In this document: in pieces, positions 61,675-64,000 of the stretch
How positions within the stretch are numbered: position 1 is the stretch's first letter
How the letters are laid out: the number at the start of each line of letters is the position of its first letter
Made by a program: the position numbers and the translations under genes
Notes under the pieces: model-generated
Told to the model about the DNA's origin: nothing
What the model saw: the letters and a program-made list of their open reading frames with translations, nothing else
Databases searched by the model: none
From: Octopus bimaculoides
Taxonomy: Eukaryota
Assembly (NCBI RefSeq): GCF_001194135.2
Contig: NC_068981.1
Span: 94,359,343 to 94,423,342 of the forward strand
DNA: 64,000 bases
Reading direction: 5' to 3'

Positions 61675-62548
61675 NNNNNNNNNNTCAGTGCACTTTCACA
61701 CTCAATATTTATTCCAAGCAGGAGAGAATTTCTATCATCCTAGTTTCCAGACCACCAGACCATGTGATTTCGATCTTATTGGGCACTTGTTTGCCAGGCA
61801 TGGCGGTAGTCTGACCTTGCTTACAATATATAAAAAATACAGTGTCATAAAATCACTGATTTTGTAAAACATTGTAAGGTGAACATCATAACACAGTAAT
61901 CTTAAATGATGCGTTTATACAAAAAGATGAAAAAAAACCTTCCTTAATATTAATCAGACTCAAGGTGGTGAGCTGGCAGAATCATTAGCATGCTGGGCAA
62001 AATGCTTAGCTGCATTTCATCTGTTTCTACCTTCTGAGTTTAAATGTTGCCAAGGTCAACTTTACTTTTCCTCTTTTGCTGGCCTTGTGTGAATATTAAT
62101 GAATATTTATCAAACTCCATTAAGGATACAAAGGAGCAGAAACCTATACTATAGGTAGCAAAATCTTGTGTGCTGATCAAAATAATGAGATAAATAAAAA
62201 TGTTAGTTTTTAAAAAATTAGTGAATGTTATCAGTGCCTGGAATATAAAAATACACAGAAATAGCAAAAAAAAAAAAAAAAATATTATTGATAATGTAGT
62301 GTCGCATACTCTTACCTTGATACCATTAACTCTTGTTCAAGTTCTTTTAGCTTTTTTTGTAATATTTCAAATGTATTTCCATAAGCTTTGGAATCCAACC
62401 AGTTGTTGTTTGAACTTATGAAGAATTGTGGGGGATTTTTTGTTAAAGAATCCATTAAATTTTGGAACTGGAACATTTCTTTAACAATTTCAAAGTAACT
62501 GACAGTTCTATGAATATTTTCTGGATCAGTTGTCAGGAGAACATACAT
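405..62548 (-). CDS. Internal 40-exon segment (about 2155 aa) of a giant secreted or membrane protein built from about 11 tandem modules of roughly 230 aa; possibly an ABCA-type transporter with an expanded extracellular domain
   Basis: All 40 exons have polypyrimidine-AG acceptors and GT donors, and adjacent exon phases match. Lengths sum to 6466 nt (3x2155+1) with no stop. Modules are homologous and carry many N-x-S/T sequons. No start, stop, TM helix or Walker motif lies in the window. The ABCA assignment is only by remembered similarity (about 0.5). Confidence 0.88.
688..896. mobile_element. piggyBac-like MITE
   Basis: TIR cctttagcatt...aatgctaaagg; homologous to 10500-10714. Confidence 0.65.
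1424..1545 (-). CDS. Module 11 exon E1
   Basis: ttttctttcag|TTT...CA|gtaagt, 122 nt; [40 protein letters not shown]. Confidence 0.78.
1612..1831 (+). mobile_element. Mariner deletion derivative
   Basis: TA-flanked inverted ends (gggatgctgaaaaattcctgg / aagccaacaacttttctgcacccct) with a remnant of the transposase C-terminus (...EYVE*). Confidence 0.65.
2280..2833. other. Assembly gap (others near 5647-6307, 17686-17788, 20472-20650, 38655-38848, 48614-48789, 59495-59859 and 61675-61684)
   Basis: N runs, mostly adjacent to microsatellites or SINEs. Confidence 0.98.
3240..3600 (+). mobile_element. Penelope-like GIY-YIG endonuclease fragment with one stop
   Basis: [36 protein letters not shown]...W(TGA)[35 protein letters not shown]. 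Confidence 0.8.
4150..4370 (-). mobile_element. tRNA-derived SINE family S2 (minus copies also at 10025-10232, 20651-20750, 22210-22400, 26200-26597 (two), 32805-33012 and 35895-36030)
   Basis: ggtttcaaattttggcaca...ttgaccccagtg...aagttgacc...tttgaactcagaa homology. Confidence 0.8.
4502..4626 (-). CDS. Module 10 exon E3 (no E4 found; could lie in gap 2280-2833)
   Basis: ctattttgtag|AC...CAA|gttagt, 125 nt; [41 protein letters not shown]. Confidence 0.8.
4812..4970 (+). mobile_element. tRNA-derived SINE family S1, 5' half
   Basis: tgtggctgtgtggt (A box) and ggttcaatc (B box); multiple copies in the window. Confidence 0.8.
7021..7107. repeat. 33-bp minisatellite, about 2.6 units
   Basis: gayaggccacctcagtggccaa..cgacagtg units. 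Confidence 0.9.
7396..7481 (-). CDS. Module 10 exon E2
   Basis: ttcgttaaacag|T...G|gtaaat, 86 nt; [28 protein letters not shown]. Confidence 0.75.
7943..8020. repeat. (AG)n microsatellite
   Basis: Directly visible. Confidence 0.95.
8553..8713 (-). CDS. Module 10 exon E1
   Basis: ttgccttacag|ATC...AG|gtatat, 161 nt; [47 protein letters not shown]. Confidence 0.83.
8910..9113 (-). CDS. Module 9 exon E4 (Cys pair)
   Basis: atcttttag|CTG...AAG|gtaaaa, 204 nt; [59 protein letters not shown]. Confidence 0.87.
10500..10714. mobile_element. piggyBac-like MITE (second copy)
   Basis: ttaa-ctctttagcatt...aatgctaaagg-ttaa, i.e. TIRs with TTAA flanks. Confidence 0.7.
11035..11138 (-). CDS. Module 9 exon E3
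   Basis: gtttttttacag|AC...GTA|gtgagt, 104 nt; [34 protein letters not shown]. Confidence 0.83.
11294..12160 (+). mobile_element. Degenerate Tc1/mariner transposon
   Basis: TA-cagggtgtttgaattaaattga left end with a similar inverted right end; transposase remnants (QQDS.P.H, FWPP..., [16 protein letters not shown]). Confidence 0.75.
12180..13316. mobile_element. Non-autonomous Tc1/pogo-like element containing an hAT-like MITE and an internal duplication
   Basis: aagttgaccc/aagtcgac subterminal repeats at both ends; end acacgtataaacggt; cagtggttcccaaac...tttgggaa at 12897-13012. Confidence 0.5.
13905..13966 (-). CDS. Module 9 exon E2 (short)
   Basis: ctatttttcag|C...A|gtaagg, 62 nt; [20 protein letters not shown]; supplies the needed phase 2-1 link. 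Confidence 0.65.
14768..14930 (-). mobile_element. S1 SINE 5' half (others at 18170-18320 and 30600-30730; 3' halves at 1190-1388, 6620-6840 and 20272-20465)
   Basis: ctttcagtttccgcctaccaaatccacacacaaggctatagtagaagacac homology. Confidence 0.75.
14992..15179 (-). CDS. Module 9 exon E1
   Basis: ttaatttacag|AGA...AT|gtaagt, 188 nt; [46 protein letters not shown]. Confidence 0.85.
16454..16551 (-). CDS. Module 8 exon E3 (no E4 found downstream)
   Basis: atatttttcag|GA...ATA|gtaagt, 98 nt; [32 protein letters not shown]. Confidence 0.75.
16608..17410 (-). mobile_element. Two tandem composite S1 SINEs
   Basis: Each copy has a 5' half, an internal (TA/CA)n tract and a 3' half (cagtcatttgactg...gacaaacacagac). 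Confidence 0.85.
18355..18672 (-). mobile_element. tRNA-derived SINE family S4 (partial copy at 47690-47865)
   Basis: Head atggctcaatggttagagcattgggctcacaatc; shared aaagtgtcttgctcaagaacacaac. Confidence 0.65.
18863..18993 (-). CDS. Module 8 exon E2
   Basis: cttcttttacag|A...G|gtaagt, 131 nt; [43 protein letters not shown]. Confidence 0.83.
19473..19669 (-). CDS. Module 8 exon E1
   Basis: ctcttatttaaaag|CGT...AA|gtatgt, 197 nt; [40 protein letters not shown]. Confidence 0.83.
21292..21486 (-). CDS. Module 7 exon E4 (Cys pair)
   Basis: gattttttag|ATT...AAG|gtaata, 195 nt; [56 protein letters not shown]. Confidence 0.86.
22471..22598 (-). CDS. Module 7 exon E3
   Basis: gatattacag|AT...CAA|gtaagt, 128 nt; [42 protein letters not shown]. 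Confidence 0.85.
22960..23620 (-). mobile_element. Degenerate RTE-like reverse transcriptase fragment
   Basis: Remnant [15 protein letters not shown] resembles the AFVDFxKAFDSV motif; many stops. Confidence 0.45.
23699..23841 (-). CDS. Module 7 exon E2
   Basis: aacttcacag|C...A|gtaagt, 143 nt; [47 protein letters not shown]. Confidence 0.83.
24113..24567. repeat. Long inverted repeat (foldback/MITE-like), arms about 190 bp
   Basis: ttattaccagtttgaat...ctcctcttcagtcac pairs with gtgactgaagaggag...attcaaactggtaataa. Confidence 0.92.
25483..25682 (-). CDS. Module 7 exon E1
   Basis: gttttttcag|ATA...GG|gtaatg, 200 nt; [38 protein letters not shown]. Confidence 0.85.
26602..26720. repeat. (AAT)n microsatellite (also 32697-32772, 33013-33073 and 35840-35899)
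   Basis: Directly visible. Confidence 0.95.
27096..27305 (-). CDS. Module 6 exon E4 (Cys pair)
   Basis: ttcctttacag|ATT...TCT|gtgagt, 210 nt; [58 protein letters not shown]. Confidence 0.9.
28825..28961 (-). CDS. Module 6 exon E3
   Basis: gtgtttccag|AA...AGG|gtatgt, 137 nt; [45 protein letters not shown]. Confidence 0.9.
29113..29540 (+). mobile_element. Composite S1 SINE
   Basis: tRNA head, internal microsatellite and 3' half. Confidence 0.8.
30856..31013 (-). CDS. Module 6 exon E2
   Basis: ttctctttcag|T...G|gtaaag, 158 nt; [52 protein letters not shown]. Confidence 0.86.
31637..31851 (-). CDS. Module 6 exon E1
   Basis: ttctttcag|ATG...AG|gtaaca, 215 nt; [45 protein letters not shown]. 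Confidence 0.88.
32471..32686 (-). CDS. Module 5 exon E4 (Cys pair)
   Basis: tacttctgcag|GTG...AAG|gtagga, 216 nt; [72 protein letters not shown]. Confidence 0.9.
33078..33660 (+). mobile_element. R4/Dong-type non-LTR retrotransposon 3' fragment
   Basis: [19 protein letters not shown] zinc-knuckle remnant, then restriction-like endonuclease remnants ([23 protein letters not shown]); abuts an (AAT)n tract. Confidence 0.75.
34428..34567 (-). CDS. Module 5 exon E3
   Basis: ttcttctttcag|AG...AAG|gtaaga, 140 nt; [46 protein letters not shown]. Confidence 0.9.
35482..35630 (-). CDS. Module 5 exon E2
   Basis: cttccttttag|A...G|gtaaga, 149 nt; [49 protein letters not shown]. Confidence 0.87.
36315..36768. 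repeat. Two interleaved inverted repeats
   Basis: 36315-36420 pairs with 36601-36708, and 36540-36600 pairs with 36709-36768. Confidence 0.85.
36817..37087. mobile_element. Tigger/pogo-like MITE with an internal 14-bp tandem repeat
   Basis: TA-cagtaatccctt...gaggggttactg-TA; (ggttcacctatcat)x4 at 36841-36900. Confidence 0.7.
37408..37925. repeat. (TATG)n tracts flanking the RTE fragment
   Basis: Directly visible. Confidence 0.95.
37560..37866 (+). mobile_element. RTE LINE 3' end
   Basis: [27 protein letters not shown]...[18 protein letters not shown]; 3'UTR ends in catcatcat. Confidence 0.8.
38198..38400 (-). CDS. Module 5 exon E1
   Basis: aattttcag|ATG...AA|gtatgt, 203 nt; [43 protein letters not shown]. 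Confidence 0.92.
38453..38620. repeat. (TCTG)n-type microsatellite
   Basis: Directly visible. Confidence 0.95.
38860..39480 (-). mobile_element. Highly degenerate LINE endonuclease-like fragment
   Basis: Weak resemblance to the APE C-terminal half ([17 protein letters not shown]). Confidence 0.3.
39505..39640. repeat. Purine-rich imperfect tandem repeat
   Basis: gggatgggagaggaataggg motifs repeated. Confidence 0.7.
40056..40253 (-). CDS. Module 4 exon E4 (Cys pair)
   Basis: ctttcatcag|CTC...TTG|gtatgt, 198 nt; [66 protein letters not shown]. Confidence 0.93.
40806..40933 (-). CDS. Module 4 exon E3
   Basis: ttttcttttag|CA...AGA|gtaagt, 128 nt; [42 protein letters not shown]. Confidence 0.9.
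41820..42490 (-). mobile_element. Degenerate Penelope-like linker plus GIY-YIG fragment
   Basis: [29 protein letters not shown] followed by frameshifted GIY-YIG-like segments ([26 protein letters not shown]). Confidence 0.7.
44545..44684 (-). CDS. Module 4 exon E2
   Basis: ctcttttgcag|T...G|gtaaat, 140 nt; [46 protein letters not shown]. Confidence 0.92.
45111..45325 (-). CDS. Module 4 exon E1
   Basis: atcttttcag|TAT...AA|gtatgt, 215 nt; [43 protein letters not shown]. Confidence 0.93.
46531..46728 (-). CDS. Module 3 exon E4 (Cys pair)
   Basis: ttgcatcag|ATT...ATG|gtaata, 198 nt; [66 protein letters not shown]. Confidence 0.93.
47094..47230 (-). CDS. Module 3 exon E3
   Basis: cttttcttccag|GA...AGA|gtaagt, 137 nt; [45 protein letters not shown]. 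Confidence 0.92.
47990..48126 (-). CDS. Module 3 exon E2
   Basis: tctttttcag|T...G|gtatgt, 137 nt; [45 protein letters not shown] (a different frame from the ORF track entry). Confidence 0.92.
49033..49244 (-). CDS. Module 3 exon E1
   Basis: atcttttcag|TAT...AA|gtatgt, 212 nt; [43 protein letters not shown]. Confidence 0.93.
49830..50027 (-). CDS. Module 2 exon E4 (Cys pair)
   Basis: ttccatcag|CTT...ATG|gtaatt, 198 nt; [66 protein letters not shown]. Confidence 0.93.
51020..51156 (-). CDS. Module 2 exon E3
   Basis: ctttctttcag|AA...AGA|gtaagt, 137 nt; [45 protein letters not shown]. Confidence 0.92.
51646..51788 (-). CDS. Module 2 exon E2
   Basis: tctttttcag|T...G|gtatgt, 143 nt; [47 protein letters not shown]. 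Confidence 0.92.
53230..53720 (-). mobile_element. Highly degenerate CR1/L2-like LINE fragment
   Basis: Higher-GC block with weak LINE-like translation. Confidence 0.3.
53990..54385 (-). mobile_element. Composite S1 SINE
   Basis: Same arrangement as 17008-17410. Confidence 0.85.
55023..55398 (-). mobile_element. tRNA-derived SINE family S3 (second copy at 5043-5420)
   Basis: Minus-strand head gtggaggcacaatggcccaggggttagggcagcggactc...ggtttcgattccc; two homologous copies of about 375 bp. Confidence 0.85.
55707..55921 (-). CDS. Module 2 exon E1
   Basis: attttcag|TTT...AA|gtatgt, 215 nt; [49 protein letters not shown]. Confidence 0.92.
56694..56891 (-). CDS. Module 1 exon E4 (phase 0-0, Cys pair)
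   Basis: tctccacag|TTT...ATG|gtgaga, 198 nt; [66 protein letters not shown]. Confidence 0.93.
57917..58053 (-). CDS. Module 1 exon E3 (phase 1-0)
   Basis: ctctgtttcag|CA...AGG|gtaagt, 137 nt; [45 protein letters not shown]. Confidence 0.92.
58320..58700 (+). mobile_element. Repeat ending in an RTE-like (GAT)n tail (minus copies at 48458-48613 and 30155-30420)
   Basis: ggttggcgttaggaagggcatccagctgtagaaac...acccatgctagcatggaaagcggac...gatgatgat. Confidence 0.75.
58740..59210 (+). mobile_element. Helitron PIF1-like helicase fragment
   Basis: [10 protein letters not shown], then after a frameshift [35 protein letters not shown]. Confidence 0.85.
59983..60119 (-). CDS. Module 1 exon E2 (phase 2-1)
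   Basis: ttttgttttag|T...G|gtaagt, 137 nt; [45 protein letters not shown]. Confidence 0.9.
60905..61030. repeat. Imperfect hairpin of about 125 nt
   Basis: gtccttt...ctcctgtgacatcttca...ctatctca / tgggatag...tgaagaggtcacaggag...aaaggac. Confidence 0.8.
62316..62548 (-). CDS. Module 1 exon E1 (phase 0-2)
   Basis: cctttgtag|ATG...AG|gtaaga, 233 nt; [43 protein letters not shown]; the PPxF motif is shared with other E1 exons. Confidence 0.88.
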
Positions 62549-62946
62549 CTACAAAGGAAAAAGACATATCTAGCATTTACTATTTAGAGCAACAATAATG
62601 AAGAAGAGAACAGCAAAACCAATAATTTCTAGTAGTTGTGCCTGTCACACATTTTAGTGTGTCATTAAATTGACCCAAGTACATGATACTTATAACATTC
62701 TCTTGTAAGAATTTATCTAAGTACATCTATATTAGTGAATATATATTTATTTCTCAATTGAAAAAGCCTTGTTATGGATTCAGATGCAGTTGTTGTAGAC
62801 CTATGATTGAAATGTTTGTGATACAACAACTTTATCCGTTTTTTTGTGTATTGCATATCTAAGTCTGTATTATGTGTTTCTCCCTTTCTTGGATGGTTGG
62901 GTGTAATTAAAAAGTTAAGTTTTCTTCTTTAATATTATGTTAAGAA

Positions 62947-63165
62947 AAAAGGTGGCAAGCTGGCCGAATCATTATTGCACCAGGCAAAATGCTTAGCATT
63001 TCAACCATCTTTACACTCTGAATTCAAATTCTGCTGAGATTAACTTTGCCTTTCATCCTTTTACGGCCGATAAAATAAGTACCAGTTGAGCACTGGGATC
63101 ACTATGATCAACTTACCCCCTCTCCTGAACTTGCTGGCATTGTACGTAAATTTGAAACCAATATT
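62947..63165 (+). mobile_element. S2 SINE (plus copies also at 51880-52090, 56420-56630 and 61963-62080)
   Basis: ggtggcaagctggccgaatc...gaattcaaattc...aagtaccagttgagcactggg...tttgaaaccaat. Confidence 0.8.
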
Positions 63166-63329
63166 AAGTCAAAAAATGTTTTGTGTAAATTTATTTGTTG
63201 TATATGTGTAATTTGTATCAGTGAAATTATGTGCTTGAATATATGTTCCCACTTCCACCTCTGTCACTTCACATCTATCTTTATATTATCATTCTTTCTC
63301 TCTCTTCACAAAACTTTAACTTGTTATGC

Positions 63330-63790
63330 AACTGTCGCTATTCACCGTTGTCTGATGTAACATGCGTAGGATGGTGGATACCACAAAGATGATGAGAGAA
63401 GGCAAAAGGAATGGAATGCTTGTATGAGCCCAGCCAGCTCCAAGGAGCAGAGCCCATTATAGTAGCAGCAAAAAGGGTAGAGAAAGAGAAAACAGCTTGC
63501 CTGTGGACAAAAGGTTGGAGAGTGTTTGTAAATGACTTTATACCACTCAGGCGGCCATTTTGAGGTTGTGTTCTAGGATTTCTGTGTAAGCAGCAGTATA
63601 GTATCACTATTTCAGATTTGAGTGCAATACTTCATTGTGAGTTTCTGCTCATTGATAATCGTTGGAAGATTCTCTTCTGGTTATGAAGAGAAGGAGAAGT
63701 CACTGGAATGTGATCCTAGATATGTTTAGAAAATACTTTTACCATGAGAGACCTTCTAGTGAAATCCAATGATTAGAACAACTTCAAGCA
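63330..63790 (-). mobile_element. CR1/L2-group LINE 3' fragment
   Basis: TLQPFVHRQAV, with frameshifted YYNGLCSLELAGLI, typical of the ORF2 C-terminus. Confidence 0.65.
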
Positions 63791-64000
63791 TTCCAGCTGA
63801 GTGCTCATGATTAAGGTGAGTGAGGTAGTTTATTTAGTGTAAGTTTTTTCATATGAATAGCATTTGTGTTTACTTGCAGTTGAAGGATGATACTTTTTGT
63901 TCATAGAGTCAATGTGTATTTGTAATGTAGCCTTAAGTTGTGAGCAATAAGTTGTAAGTTGCAAGGTTGGAGAATGGTAAACAGGAATGGAGGATAACCT

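Noticed and set aside
62324-62324. Alternative donor ATG|gtatca in module 1 E1
   Set aside because: It gives phase 0. The gtaaga donor at 62316 gives the needed phase 2.
62549-64000. Upstream E4 exon or promoter of the giant gene
   Set aside because: No convincing exon was found. The region holds a SINE and a LINE fragment, so the gene probably starts beyond the window.

Overview
AT-rich, microsatellite- and SINE-dense animal genomic DNA with 8 assembly gaps. The repeat content resembles an octopod cephalopod; this is inferred, not proven. The whole window lies inside one very large minus-strand gene that the ORF track largely misses. By hand I traced 40 exons (62548 down to 405), all with canonical AG/GT sites and matching phases. 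They splice into one uninterrupted frame of 6466 nt (about 2155 aa) that enters and leaves the window. The exons follow a repeating cycle: E1 (phase 0-2), E2 (2-1), E3 (1-0), E4 (0-0, two Cys). This gives about 11 tandem modules of roughly 230 aa. The protein looks amphipathic-helical, is rich in N-glycosylation sequons, and has no TM helix or ATPase motif here. The module resembles part of the first extracellular domain of ABCA lipid transporters (hypothesis). Modules 2-4 are recent copies sharing intron sequence, while modules 7-11 are highly diverged. Introns hold tRNA-derived SINEs, Penelope, RTE, R4/Dong, CR1-like, Tc1/mariner, piggyBac-like and Helitron remnants, three long hairpins and a hammerhead-like motif. 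Repeat boundaries are approximate.
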